A stretch of 64,000 nt of DNA from an uncultured Planctomycetia bacterium (GTDB taxonomy: Bacteria > Omnitrophota > Gorgyraeia > 1-14-0-20-64-10). Each line of letters starts with the position of its first letter. Within the stretch, counting starts at the first letter, position 1. The notes under the pieces are model-generated. The model ran no database searches, was not told the origin of the DNA, and saw nothing but the letters and a program-made list of their open reading frames with translations. The stretch covers positions 21,164-85,163 of the forward strand of contig CAYJVR010000001.1 in assembly GCA_964373715.1 (NCBI GenBank), in the 5' to 3' direction. The position numbers and the translations under genes are program-made. Below, one piece after another: positions 45,757-55,662 of the stretch.

Positions 45757-45897
45757 ATGGAAGCCTACTGTGTAAAGTGCAAAGCTAAGAAAGAGATGCA
45801 GGAAGCCCAGAAGGTCTCTATGAAGAATGGGCGTCCTGCGATGAAGGGGAAGTGCCCTGATTGCGGAACAGGCCTTTACCGGATTCTTAAGCCATAA
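45757..45897 (+). CDS. Small zinc-ribbon protein (DUF5679-like), missed by the ORF track
   Basis: 46 aa, MEAYCVKCKAKKEMQEAQKVSMKNGRPAMKGKCPDCGTGLYRILKP. CxxC...CxxC. Strong AAAGGGGGGA RBS 3 nt upstream. Confidence 0.55.
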   Translation: MEAYCVKCKAKKEMQEAQKVSMKNGRPAMKGKCPDCGTGLYRILKP

Positions 45898-45929
45898 CTG
45901 CCCGCACAACACGACAGATCGCGGTTGCC

Positions 45930-46262
45930 ATGGCCGAGGCGGCCTTGGATTCCAAGGCCGAGGAGGTGGTGATCCTAGATCTGAGAAAACTTTCGTTCAG
46001 TTTCGACTATTTCGTCCTCTGTAGCGCCACCTCCGACCGGCATTTGCAGACCGTTGCCGAAGGGATAGGTGAGCGGTTTGCCGGCAACGGATTCCGATCA
46101 ACCCACCGGGAAGGTCGCCCGGAAGGGGGGTGGGTGTTGCTTGATTACGGCCCGGTTGTGGCTCATGTTTTCCTGCCTGAAACCAGGGAATTCTACAGGC
46201 TGGAACGGTTGTGGGCCGATGCCCCGCGCCTGTCCGTTCCGAAAAAGAAGCGTTCCAAATAA
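45930..46262 (+). CDS. rsfS: Ribosomal silencing factor RsfS (Iojap)
   Basis: 110 aa. DYFVLCSATSDRHLQTVAEGI ... GWVLLDYGPVVAHVF match RsfS. Confidence 0.85.
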   Translation: MAEAALDSKAEEVVILDLRKLSFSFDYFVLCSATSDRHLQTVAEGIGERFAGNGFRSTHREGRPEGGWVLLDYGPVVAHVFLPETREFYRLERLWADAPRLSVPKKKRSK

Positions 46263-46277
46263 GCTGTTCCTGCAGGG

Positions 46278-47966
46278 ATGCCTATAATGCCTACCACATC
46301 GCTTGAGCTTACATTGCGGGATTTGATCCAGAAAGCGGTCGAAGAAGCTGGATTCCTGCCCAGCGGGGAGTCGGTTCTTCCGATCAGCTTGGAGATCCCG
46401 AGGATACGTTCGCACGGGGATATGGCAACCTCCGTGGCGATGCAGCTGGCTTCCAAACTCCGCAAACCCCCGCTGGAGATTGCCGAGACCGTTTCCAACC
46501 ATCTGAGAGGGTTGCTCAAAGATTCCCCGATTCAGGAATCGGTGGAACGGCTCGAGACCAAACCGCCGGGTTTCATCAACCTTTTCGTCAGCCGGAATTT
46601 TCTCTACCAGGTGCTCCAGGAGGTTCTCGAACAGGGGCCGGAATACGGCAGGTCAGACCTCGGAAAAGGGCGCAAGGCGCTGGTGGAGTTTGTCAGCGCC
46701 AACCCGACCGGGCCTCTTTCGGTGGCACACGGGCGTCAGGCGGCCGTGGGAGATGCGCTGGCACATATACTTGCTTTTACCGGGTACCGGGCCATGCGGG
46801 AATATTACCTCAACGATGAGGGCACTCAGATTGACTTGCTCGGGGAATCGGTTTTGGTCCGGGCCAAGGAGTCTCTTGGGATTTCCGCCCAGTTTCCGGA
46901 AAACGGCTATAAGGGAGACTACATCCGCTCGATGGGGGAGTCCCTGGCCAAAAAATTCGGTCGGGCCGTTTTGGAAAGCGGCAAGGCTAAAGAGATTTCC
47001 AAGAAATTCGCCGTCGGGGAACTCGGGCGGGTCATTCAAGGAGAACTGGACCGTTTCGGCGTGAAGTTCGGGCCCTGGTTTCCCCAGAGTTCCCTGAACA
47101 GGTTCGGCTATCTTACCCGCACTCTCGGCATTCTCAAGAGGCGCGGATATCTTTATGAGCAGGAAGGGGCCTGGTGGCTGAAGTCCACCGCTTTTGGGGA
47201 TGACAAAGACCGGGTGGTGATCCGGTCGGACGGCCGCCTCACCTACATCGCCGCGGATATCGCTTACCACAGAAAAAAATTCCAGCGGGGGTTTGAGCTG
47301 CTGGTGAATCTTTGGGGGCCGGATCATCACGGCTATATCGCCCGGATGAGGGCGGCGATTCAGGCGCTGGGTTTCCCTTCTGAGGCGCTGGAGGTGAAAA
47401 TCATCCAGCTGTGCACCTTAAAGAGAGGGGAGGAAACGATCCCGATGTCCACGCGGGAAGGGGAATTCACCACCTTGACCCAAGTGATGGATGAGGTCGG
47501 CATGGATGCCGCCCGGTTCTTTTTCCTTCTGCGGAAGTCGGATGCCCACCTGGAATTCGACCTGGAGTTGGCGAAGAAACATTCATTGGAAAACCCCGTT
47601 TACTACATCCAGTACGCGCACGCCAGGATATGCAACATCCTTGAGAACCAGAAGAAGGAGTCGGAAATTTCGGGTGCCCGGCCCGATTATTCGAAGATGA
47701 GCTCTCCCGAAGAGTTGGCCCTCTTAAGGCTGCTGCGGGAATTTTCCGGCGCGGTGGAGGCCGCCGCCCGGGCTTTGGAGCCCTTTGGGGTCATCTCTTA
47801 CCTGCAGGGCCTTGCCGAGGCGTTCCACCGTTTCTACGATGTTCACCGGGTGCTTGGCCAAGACCCTGCCCTTTCGGCCGCTAGGCTGGATCTGATCAGG
47901 GGTGTCAGGACCGTTTTAGCGACCGGTTTAAGGCTTTTAGGGGTTTCCGCTCCGGAAAAAATGTAA
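46278..47966 (+). CDS. argS: Arginyl-tRNA synthetase
   Basis: 562 aa. Class I core with a HIGH-like SANPTGPLSVAHGRQ motif and a C-terminal DALR anticodon-binding domain. Confidence 0.9.
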   Translation: MPIMPTTSLELTLRDLIQKAVEEAGFLPSGESVLPISLEIPRIRSHGDMATSVAMQLASKLRKPPLEIAETVSNHLRGLLKDSPIQESVERLETKPPGFINLFVSRNFLYQVLQEVLEQGPEYGRSDLGKGRKALVEFVSANPTGPLSVAHGRQAAVGDALAHILAFTGYRAMREYYLNDEGTQIDLLGESVLVRAKESLGISAQFPENGYKGDYIRSMGESLAKKFGRAVLESGKAKEISKKFAVGELGRVIQGELDRFGVKFGPWFPQSSLNRFGYLTRTLGILKRRGYLYEQEGAWWLKSTAFGDDKDRVVIRSDGRLTYIAADIAYHRKKFQRGFELLVNLWGPDHHGYIARMRAAIQALGFPSEALEVKIIQLCTLKRGEETIPMSTREGEFTTLTQVMDEVGMDAARFFFLLRKSDAHLEFDLELAKKHSLENPVYYIQYAHARICNILENQKKESEISGARPDYSKMSSPEELALLRLLREFSGAVEAAARALEPFGVISYLQGLAEAFHRFYDVHRVLGQDPALSAARLDLIRGVRTVLATGLRLLGVSAPEKM

Positions 47967-48002
47967 GAACGTTGCAGCTAAGTTTGCGCCAGCCGCCCGT
48001 TC

Positions 48003-49952
48003 TTGCAGAGCGCCTTCTTTATGTCTAGTTTTGATTCTATAAAAATCTGCAGGGGACAAGAACTGGACCTGCACGAAACGGTCCAGCAGCTTCTCGCCCA
48101 AGGGTATCAGCGCGTCGTCAAGGTGTCCGACCCGGGGGATTGTTCCGTCCGCGGCGGGATACTGGATCTTTTCCCTGAAGGTTTTGATGCCCCGGTCCGG
48201 ATCGAGTTGGATGACCAAACGGTAGAGGGGATCCGGTCAGTTCATCCTCTGACCGGCAAGCCGTTTTTCTCCCACGAGATGGTGATCGTTGTCCCGACGG
48301 TTTCGCTCCATCGCCGCTCTTTGAAAGCCTCCGTCAAACATCTGTTTCTGGGAGAGGAGTCCCCGCTGGACCCGTTCGTGGATATCCGGGTGGGGGACAT
48401 GGTCGTCCATGTGTCGCACGGGATCGGCAAGTATTTGGGGTTGAAGAAGGTCAGAGGGAAAAGCGGGATTGTGGAGCACATCGCGCTTGAGTATGCCAAC
48501 GGGGACCGCCTTTATGTGCCTCTGGCGGAATTGAATTTGCTCCAGAAATACATCGGGTTTGAGGGTAGACCCGCGCAGCTGTCCCGCCTGGGCACGAAAT
48601 ACTGGGAGCGGTCGAAGGAATGGGCGAGGAAAGGGGCGGCTTCGGTCGCGTTCGAGCTTCTGGCTCTTCAGGCCAAGAGGCTGAGTCGTTCCGGATTTGC
48701 CTTCAACCCGGATACCGATTGGCAGAAGGAGTTGGAGGAGGCTTTTCCTTATAAAGAGACAGGCGGCCAGTTGAAGGCAATGAAAGAGGTCAAGCAGGAT
48801 ATGGAGACCGCCAGGCCGATGGACCGCCTTTTGTGCGGCGATGTCGGGTACGGCAAAACGGAGGTGGCTCTGCGGGCCGCTTTCAAAGCGGTCATGAACG
48901 GCAAGCAGGCGGCACTCTTATGCCCCACCACGATTTTGGCGGAGCAGCATTACACCACATTTTCCGGCCGGATGAAACAATTCCCGGTGTCGGTGGCGAT
49001 GCTCTCGAGATTTCAGACCGCCGTGGCGCAGGCCGAGGTGGTCAAGAGACTCGCTCAAGGTGAAGTGGACATCCTCATTGGGACCCACAGGCTTCTTTCC
49101 AAAGATGTCCGGTTTAAAGATTTGGGCCTTCTCATCCTCGATGAAGAACAGCGGTTCGGAGTCCGCCACAAAGAGCATTTGAAGCGGTTGAAGACGGAGG
49201 TGGACGTTTTGGCGATGACGGCCACCCCCATTCCCCGGACGCTGTATCTTTCTCTCATGGGGGCTAAGGCGATGTCGGTCATTGACACCCCTCCGTTCGA
49301 GAGGCTTCCGGTGGAGTCGGTGGTGGCTGAGGAGGAGAATTCACTGATCCGGCATGCCATCGAACGGGAAATCTCCCGTTCCGGGCAGATCTTCGTGGTC
49401 TATCCGTGGATTGAAGGGATATTCAAGGTCTACAAGAGGATTGCTGCCCTTGTTCCCTCGGCCCGGATGGCGCTGGCCCACGGGCAGATGCCTTCCCGCG
49501 CATTGGAGAAGGCGATGCTCTCCTTCATGCGAAGGGAATTAGACATCCTGGTTTCCACGGCTATTATCGAGTCCGGCATTGATATTCCGAACGCTAACAC
49601 GATCATCATCTTCCGGGCCGAATCGTTCGGCCTGGCGGATCTTTATCAGCTCAGGGGTAGGGTAGGCCGTTTTACGCGGCAGGCCCACGCCTATTTTTTA
49701 ACACCCAAGGGGATGCCTTTAACCGGGGAGGCGAGGAAAAGGCTGAAAGCCATCGAAGAGTTCTCCAGCTTGGGTGCTGGGTTCCAGATTGCCCTCCAGG
49801 ACCTTCAACTGCGGGGCGCAGGAAATATGCTCGGAGTTGAGCAGCATGGCCACATCAGCGCGGTTGGTTTTGACCTGTACTGCCGGCTTTTGAAGGGAGA
49901 GGTCCAAAAGCTGAAGGAGCAGCAGGCGGCCGTTGGTTTGGCGGCTGGATAG
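48003..49952 (+). CDS. mfd: Transcription-repair coupling factor Mfd homolog, short form (lacks N-terminal D1a/D2 and C-terminal D7)
   Basis: 649 aa versus about 1150 for canonical Mfd. Contains the RNAP-interaction domain ([17 protein letters not shown]...YVPLAEL) and the SF2 translocase ([16 protein letters not shown]...DEEQRFGV...QLRGRVGR). Ends about 25 aa after the helicase core, and argS abuts upstream. Confidence 0.8.
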   Translation: MQSAFFMSSFDSIKICRGQELDLHETVQQLLAQGYQRVVKVSDPGDCSVRGGILDLFPEGFDAPVRIELDDQTVEGIRSVHPLTGKPFFSHEMVIVVPTVSLHRRSLKASVKHLFLGEESPLDPFVDIRVGDMVVHVSHGIGKYLGLKKVRGKSGIVEHIALEYANGDRLYVPLAELNLLQKYIGFEGRPAQLSRLGTKYWERSKEWARKGAASVAFELLALQAKRLSRSGFAFNPDTDWQKELEEAFPYKETGGQLKAMKEVKQDMETARPMDRLLCGDVGYGKTEVALRAAFKAVMNGKQAALLCPTTILAEQHYTTFSGRMKQFPVSVAMLSRFQTAVAQAEVVKRLAQGEVDILIGTHRLLSKDVRFKDLGLLILDEEQRFGVRHKEHLKRLKTEVDVLAMTATPIPRTLYLSLMGAKAMSVIDTPPFERLPVESVVAEEENSLIRHAIEREISRSGQIFVVYPWIEGIFKVYKRIAALVPSARMALAHGQMPSRALEKAMLSFMRRELDILVSTAIIESGIDIPNANTIIIFRAESFGLADLYQLRGRVGRFTRQAHAYFLTPKGMPLTGEARKRLKAIEEFSSLGAGFQIALQDLQLRGAGNMLGVEQHGHISAVGFDLYCRLLKGEVQKLKEQQAAVGLAAG

Positions 49953-49963
49953 GGGTTTCGGGC

Positions 49964-49992
49964 TTGATGGGAAGATCGCTTCGTGGTAGACT
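49964..49992 (+). promoter_or_regulatory. Candidate sigma-70-like promoter (TTGATG-17-TAGACT)
   Basis: ttgatg 49964-69, 17-nt spacer, tagact 49987-92, about 70 nt upstream of the ppiC-like gene. A similar -10 hexamer occurs at 63634. Confidence 0.3.
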
Positions 49993-50062
49993 CTCGTAGT
50001 GTTTTTGGTAGTTTGCCAAGCCAAATGAACTGTTTCATAACCCGAACTTAGGAGAAATAAAC

Positions 50063-50974
50063 GTGTTTCGACATCCTTTTTTCCGCGTGAGAGGACTTCT
50101 TTTGTCCCTGGTGTTGATCGGTGTTGCCCTCACCTCAGGCGGTTGCGGTTCCGGGGGTAAGGTTGCCGCCGTCGTTAACGGACAGGTGATTACTCAGAAA
50201 GAGGTGGATCAGCGGATGGCTCGCCTGAATCCCGCCTACCGCCAGGCTTTAGGCGGGGACAGCAAGAGGCTTCTCGAAGAGATGATTATGGAGACGATTC
50301 TTATTCAGGAGGCGCGCCGCCGGGGTCTCGAGCGGGATGTCGAAGTGGATAAATTGGTGAAAGAGGCCAGAAGGCAGATCCTTCTTGGACGTCTTTTGGA
50401 GACGATCCGGGAAGGGAAGGCGTCGGAGCTGGGCGCCGCCGATGTGGCCAAGGCGTATGAGGAAAATAAGAAGTTTTATGTCGAGCCGGAGACCTTCCGG
50501 GCCAGTCATGTCCTGGTTGCCACTGAACAGGAGGCGCAGCAGGTAATCGACCGGTTGAAGGCCGGAGAGGATTTCGCCAAGGTGGCACAGGAGCTTTCCA
50601 CCGATCCGACCAAAGCCCGCGGAGGCGACATCGGTTATTTCTCGAAAGGGCAGCTTATCCCTGAGTTTGAGCAGGCCTGTGAAAAACTGCAGCCGGGGGA
50701 GATCAGCGGGGTTATCAAAACCCAGTTGGGCTGTCATGTGATCCGCCTTACCGAACGGAAAGCGTCCAGACAGCTCCCTCTAGAAGAGGTGAACGATCAG
50801 ATCAAGAAGCAATTAGTGTCCCAGCAGGAGCAGAAACTGGTGGAGACCTTCATCCAGCAGCTGCGGGCGAAAGCGCAGGTGCAGATCCGGGACGCCGCCA
50901 ATGCTGTTTCGAAGACCGCTCCGGCAAACAAGCCGGTTGCCCCTGACGCGAATCTTCCTGCCGGCGGTTCTTAG
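50063..50974 (+). CDS. PpiC/parvulin-type peptidyl-prolyl isomerase, probable lipoprotein (PrsA-like)
   Basis: GTG start after an AGGAG RBS. Signal peptide with a Cys (LTSGGCGS). Parvulin domain (FRASHVLV...GGDIGYFSKGQLIPEFEQA...GCHVIRL). Confidence 0.75.
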   Translation: MFRHPFFRVRGLLLSLVLIGVALTSGGCGSGGKVAAVVNGQVITQKEVDQRMARLNPAYRQALGGDSKRLLEEMIMETILIQEARRRGLERDVEVDKLVKEARRQILLGRLLETIREGKASELGAADVAKAYEENKKFYVEPETFRASHVLVATEQEAQQVIDRLKAGEDFAKVAQELSTDPTKARGGDIGYFSKGQLIPEFEQACEKLQPGEISGVIKTQLGCHVIRLTERKASRQLPLEEVNDQIKKQLVSQQEQKLVETFIQQLRAKAQVQIRDAANAVSKTAPANKPVAPDANLPAGGS

Positions 50975-51017
50975 CCGTCGGCGTTTTTATTTTAGAGAGC
51001 GGTTCCGGGGGTAGTTG

Positions 51018-52049
51018 ATGAGACAGAAAAGATTTACCGGCTGTTTTTTGAAGTTAACCCTCGGATTGTTTTTCCTGCACGTTTTCCTTCTGGACCCGTT
51101 TTCCCCCGCGGTTTGCCTGCATGCCGAACAGATGGGCATCGTGGCGGTCGTCAATGATGACGTCATTACACAGTCGGATTTGGATATGGCCCTCGCCCCC
51201 GTTTACCTGCAGATGCAAAACAGCACCGCTCCGGAGGAGATGGCCTCAAAAGCGGAGGAATTGCGCGAAGAGGTCCTTCAGCAGCTGATCGAAGAGAGCC
51301 TCCTTCTCCAGGAGGCTCATCAGCCGAAACCGGTGGAGTTCGGGAAGAATAAGATCGGCACGCCTTCCCCGATCGAGGTGACGGAGTTCGAGGTGGATAA
51401 GATGGTCAAACAGGTGACATCAAAATTCCCCACGGTCGAGGAGTTTAACCAGGCTCTCAAAGAACAGGGATTGACGATCGAAAACTTGAGGGATCGCTTC
51501 AAGAAACAGATCACCATCAAAAAACTGATCGGCAGGCAAGTCTATTCCCGGATCGTGGTGGCTCCGTCAGAGGTGACCTCCTACTACCAGGAGCACCAGA
51601 GGGAATTCATGCTCCCCGCCGCGGTCAAGGTGGCGGTTATCGTCATCCGCACTAAGAAAGGGCTTGACGCCTTGCATGCGAAGAGCCTCGCGGATAACCT
51701 CCACCAACAAATTTTAAGCGGCGGCGATTTTTATGATCTGGCGGCCCGTTATACCGACGGCCCAAATCCCAAGATGGGCGGCCGCATCGGGTTTCTGGAT
51801 CAGGGCAGAGGGATGAAAGAGATTGACGTGGTTCTGTTCAAGCTCAAAGCAGGGGACATCTCGCCGGTGATCGAGGCGGGCGGCGCTTTTTATATTTTCC
51901 GTGTTGAGGAGTTCCGGCCGGCCGAGCAGGCCACGCTCGATTCAGTCAAAGACCTTGTCCAGGATAAGCTTTTTCAGAAGAAAGGTTCGGTTGTCTACAA
52001 AGAGTGGATAGATAAGCTGAAGGAGAATGCCTACATCTCGATCAAGTAG
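51018..52049 (+). CDS. surA: SurA-like periplasmic chaperone/PPIase
   Basis: Signal peptide, SurA N-terminal chaperone domain (VVNDDVITQSDLD), and one parvulin domain. Confidence 0.75.
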   Translation: MRQKRFTGCFLKLTLGLFFLHVFLLDPFSPAVCLHAEQMGIVAVVNDDVITQSDLDMALAPVYLQMQNSTAPEEMASKAEELREEVLQQLIEESLLLQEAHQPKPVEFGKNKIGTPSPIEVTEFEVDKMVKQVTSKFPTVEEFNQALKEQGLTIENLRDRFKKQITIKKLIGRQVYSRIVVAPSEVTSYYQEHQREFMLPAAVKVAVIVIRTKKGLDALHAKSLADNLHQQILSGGDFYDLAARYTDGPNPKMGGRIGFLDQGRGMKEIDVVLFKLKAGDISPVIEAGGAFYIFRVEEFRPAEQATLDSVKDLVQDKLFQKKGSVVYKEWIDKLKENAYISIK

Positions 52050-52992
52050 GATCATCCGCCTGGCCGTGACGATGGGAGATCCGGCCGGGATCGGGCCGGA
52101 AGTTCTTCTCAAAGTCCTCGCCCATCAAAACTCTAACGTCTCCCTTTCTGTCATTGCGGATTTGTCATGGCTGAAATTTTGCGCCGGCCGGCTGCGTCTT
52201 CGGATTCCTTGGTCTCGCTACCGCTGGATTAACGCGGCGGATGTGCCCGCCCGTTTTTCTGTTGGAAAGATCCAGCCGGCGGCGGGCCGGGCCGCGCATG
52301 CTTGCGTGGAGGAGGCCGTTCGATTGCTGCGCGGCGGCGAAGTGGACGGTTTGGTGACCGCGCCTGTTTCGAAAGAGGCAATTGTCCGCGCCGGAATACG
52401 CTGGATCGGTCACACCGAATTCCTCGGCGAGTCGTTTCATGTCCGGACGGTGATGATGTTCATATCGGATTCGTTCCGGGTCAGCCTTGTAACGACGCAT
52501 GTTCCGGTGCGCCGGTTGTCCGGCCTGTTGACGAAAGAAAAGGCGCGCTTCGTGATCCGGATGACTCGGGAGGCTCTTCTCCGTGATTTCGGCGTGAGAA
52601 ACCCGAAAATCGGCTTATGCGCATTGAACCCCCACGGAGGGGAGGGAGGAATTTTCGGCGATGAAGAGGCCCGTGTTTTGCGTCCTGCCGCCCGAAGTTT
52701 CGGCGGTTCCCTGAAAGGGCCTCTTCCGGCCGATTCCTTGATCAAAGATGCGATGGAAGGACAATATGACGCTGTTGTCGCCATTTACCACGATCAGGCG
52801 TTGATTCCGCTGAAGCTGAAGGGGTGGAACCGGGCGGTGAACGTGACGCTCGGGCTTCCGTTTATGAGGACATCGCCGGTCCACGGGACCGCTTTCGACA
52901 TTGCCGGAAAAGGGAAAGCGGATGCCGGTTCGATGTTGTCCGCGCTTGATCTGGCGCACAGGTTGTCCGTAAGCCGGGCGACGCGGCAATGA
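52027..52992 (+). CDS. pdxA: 4-hydroxythreonine-4-phosphate dehydrogenase
   Basis: LAVTMGDPAGIGPEVLLK PdxA N-terminal signature. Start codon uncertain (an ATG lies at 52072). Confidence 0.8.
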   Translation: MPTSRSSRIIRLAVTMGDPAGIGPEVLLKVLAHQNSNVSLSVIADLSWLKFCAGRLRLRIPWSRYRWINAADVPARFSVGKIQPAAGRAAHACVEEAVRLLRGGEVDGLVTAPVSKEAIVRAGIRWIGHTEFLGESFHVRTVMMFISDSFRVSLVTTHVPVRRLSGLLTKEKARFVIRMTREALLRDFGVRNPKIGLCALNPHGGEGGIFGDEEARVLRPAARSFGGSLKGPLPADSLIKDAMEGQYDAVVAIYHDQALIPLKLKGWNRAVNVTLGLPFMRTSPVHGTAFDIAGKGKADAGSMLSALDLAHRLSVSRATRQ

Positions 52993-53837
52993 ACAGCCGC
53001 GAAATCAAAGAACTGGTCAGGCACCACCGCCTCGGCATTTCTCCCCGGCGGATGGGGCAGAATTTCCTCGTGGATCCCCGAATTCTTGCCCGGATTGTGG
53101 GTGCTCTCGGTCCGGTTCCCGGGGATACCGTGCTCGAGATAGGGGCCGGGCTGGGAGCTTTGACCGAAGGGCTGATTGAATCGGGAGCCTCCGTTCTCGC
53201 GGTTGAAAAGGATGCCGGTTTCTTCAGGGCTTTGTCCGACCGGTTGAAAGGGGTCGAACGCCTCCAGTTTATCCATTCGGACATCCTAAAGCTCGATCTG
53301 GGCTCGTACGCGGCAAATCTCCCCAAAAGCCTTCTTGTTGCTGGAAACATACCGTATTCTCTGACCAGCCCGATTTTGGAATTCCTTCTGCGGCATCGCC
53401 GATGGGTCAAGCGGGCCATTCTTACGGTGCAGAAAGAGGTGGCTTTAAGGATCGTGGCCGAACCCGGCACAAAGGCTTACTCCAGCATTACGGTGCTGGC
53501 AAAAGCGGCGTTTAAGCCGTCGGTGGCGTTCACGATCCCCCCCAACTGTTTTTATCCGCAGCCGAAGGTCACATCGGCGGTTTTGCTGCTCGACTCCCTC
53601 GAAAGCCCTCCGATTCCGCCGGAGGAAGAGGAGGCGGTTTTGAAGCTGGCCAGGAGTTTGTTTATGCACCGCCGGAAGACCCTTTTAAACGTTCTCAGCC
53701 TGTCGGAATCGGAACGGGAGAAATCAGAGTTTCGTCTCATCCTTGAGAAGGCCGGGTTAGACCCGGTCCGGAGACCGGAAACCCTCGGTCTGGCTGAACT
53801 TCTGCATTTGAAGCGGGCTCTCGCCCCGGCGCGTTGA
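52989..53837 (+). CDS. rsmA: 16S rRNA (A1518/A1519-N6) dimethyltransferase
   Basis: GQNFLVDPRIL...VLEIGAGLGALT SAM-methyltransferase motifs. Conserved pdxA-ksgA synteny. Confidence 0.85.
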   Translation: MNSREIKELVRHHRLGISPRRMGQNFLVDPRILARIVGALGPVPGDTVLEIGAGLGALTEGLIESGASVLAVEKDAGFFRALSDRLKGVERLQFIHSDILKLDLGSYAANLPKSLLVAGNIPYSLTSPILEFLLRHRRWVKRAILTVQKEVALRIVAEPGTKAYSSITVLAKAAFKPSVAFTIPPNCFYPQPKVTSAVLLLDSLESPPIPPEEEEAVLKLARSLFMHRRKTLLNVLSLSESEREKSEFRLILEKAGLDPVRRPETLGLAELLHLKRALAPAR

Positions 53838-53895
53838 TTTCTTTTCCCGTGCTGTGCTATGATTAATTTTGCGTATCCGGTTGGAAGGCAAAACG

Positions 53896-54189
53896 ATGGC
53901 CATCTCCTTAAAAGATGTCGAATATCTCTCCCATCTGGCGAGATTAGAGCTTACCCCTGAAGAGCTGCAGCGTTTCGCTCCTCAGCTTGAGGAGATATTG
54001 GCTTACGTTGAAAAGCTAAAAACAGCTCCGACCGAAGGGGTTGCCGCCACAACCCATGTTCTGAATTTGGCCAATGTTTTCCGGGAGGATAAAGTCCAGC
54101 CGTCGCTTCCCACGGAACAAGTTCTGGCAAACACCTCCTCCCGCGAAGGGCTGTTTTTCAAGGTTCCGAAAGTCATTGACTCCTCGTAA
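53896..54189 (+). CDS. gatC: Asp/Glu-tRNA amidotransferase subunit C
   Basis: MAISLKDVEYLSHLARLELTPEE canonical GatC. Confidence 0.8.
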   Translation: MAISLKDVEYLSHLARLELTPEELQRFAPQLEEILAYVEKLKTAPTEGVAATTHVLNLANVFREDKVQPSLPTEQVLANTSSREGLFFKVPKVIDSS

Positions 54190-54222
54190 CTCGGTGAATA
54201 TCCTTCCTGCTGGAGCATTGCC

Positions 54223-55662
54223 TTGACCGTCAGCGAAATCCACGCTCTGTATCAGAGCGGGAAAACCTCCCCCTCCGAGATTATCGAACAGGCCATCCGG
54301 CGTATTGAATCCCTGGATCCGAAGATCCATGCGTTTGCTTGGTTTGATCCTCAGTGGGTGCGGCAGCAGGTAAAGGTTTTGGAAGCCCGCGGTGGCGGCA
54401 GAGGTCCCCTGTGGGGAATTCCGGTCGTGGTGAAGGACAACATTTGCGTCCAAGGGGCGCCGGCGACCTGCGCCTCCAAGATTTTATCGGGATTTGACCC
54501 TCCGTACAACGCCACCGTGATTGAGAAGCTCCGGGCAGCTGGGGCCATTCTGATGGGGATGGCCAACATGGATGAGTTTGCTTTCGGGTCCTCGTGTGAA
54601 CATTCCTGTTATGGTCCGACGAGGAATCCGTGGGACCTCGGGCGCGTCCCCGGCGGTTCCAGCGGCGGTTCGGCCGCCTCTACGGCTGCTTCATTTACTC
54701 CGTTGGCTTTGGGCTCGGATACCGGCGGTTCGATAAGGCAGCCCGCTTCTTTCTGCGGCGTGGTCGGGATGAAGCCGACTTACGGCCGTGTTTCCCGGTA
54801 CGGTTTAATTGCCTTTGCCTCTTCTCTTGACCAGATCGGTCCTTTTTCGAGTACGGTTGCCGATTCGGCGCTGCTGCTCGGCGCTATCGCCGGTTTTGAC
54901 CCGAGGGATTCCACCTCGGGCAATGTTCCGGTTCCGGATTACCTTCAGGAGATCAAGCAGGGGGCCAAGGGGCTGAGGATCGGCGTTCCGAAGGAATGTT
55001 TCGGCAAGGGAATTGACCCCGAGGTGAATGAGGCTCTCCAACAGGCTCTTGAGCAATGCAAAAAACTCGGGATAACGGTTAAAGAGGTCTCTCTTCCGAG
55101 GACCGAATACGCGATACCTACCTATTACGTTGTGGCTACGGCCGAAGCGAGTTCCAACCTGGCCCGTTTCGACGGGGTCCAGTACGGCTACCGGTCCGCT
55201 TCCGGGCAGACGATCCTGGATATGTATGCCAAAACAAGAGGAGAGGGATTCGGCCCTGAAGCGAAACGGAGGATCATCCTCGGGACGTTTGTGCTTTCTT
55301 CCGGCTATTACGACGCTTACTACGGGCACGCCTTGAAGGTCAGGACATTGATCAAAGAGGATTTTGACCGGGTTTTTCGGGAGGTGGATTGTGTTGTCAC
55401 CCCCACCTCCCCGACGCCTGCTTTTAAACTGGGCGAGAAGCTTGCGGATCCGCTGACGATGTATTTGTCGGACATTTTTACGATCTCCGTGAACATGGCG
55501 GGACTGCCCGGTGTTTCTATCCCGTGCGGGTTCACCAAGGCAGGGCTGCCGATCGGGATGCAGTGGATCGGCCGTCCGTTTGAGGAGGGGGTCCTTTTCA
55601 GGGGTTGCCACGCTTACGAGCGGGCGGCCGGCTGGCACACGAAGCGGCCTCCCCTATCATGA
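54223..55662 (+). CDS. gatA: Asp/Glu-tRNA amidotransferase subunit A
   Basis: Amidase signature family with a GGSSGGSAA motif. TTG start. Confidence 0.9.
   Translation: MTVSEIHALYQSGKTSPSEIIEQAIRRIESLDPKIHAFAWFDPQWVRQQVKVLEARGGGRGPLWGIPVVVKDNICVQGAPATCASKILSGFDPPYNATVIEKLRAAGAILMGMANMDEFAFGSSCEHSCYGPTRNPWDLGRVPGGSSGGSAASTAASFTPLALGSDTGGSIRQPASFCGVVGMKPTYGRVSRYGLIAFASSLDQIGPFSSTVADSALLLGAIAGFDPRDSTSGNVPVPDYLQEIKQGAKGLRIGVPKECFGKGIDPEVNEALQQALEQCKKLGITVKEVSLPRTEYAIPTYYVVATAEASSNLARFDGVQYGYRSASGQTILDMYAKTRGEGFGPEAKRRIILGTFVLSSGYYDAYYGHALKVRTLIKEDFDRVFREVDCVVTPTSPTPAFKLGEKLADPLTMYLSDIFTISVNMAGLPGVSIPCGFTKAGLPIGMQWIGRPFEEGVLFRGCHAYERAAGWHTKRPPLS

Noticed and set aside
54805-55638. 277-aa minus-strand ORF antisense to gatA
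   Set aside because: Overlaps a conserved gatA. The translation is Arg/Pro-rich with no domain.
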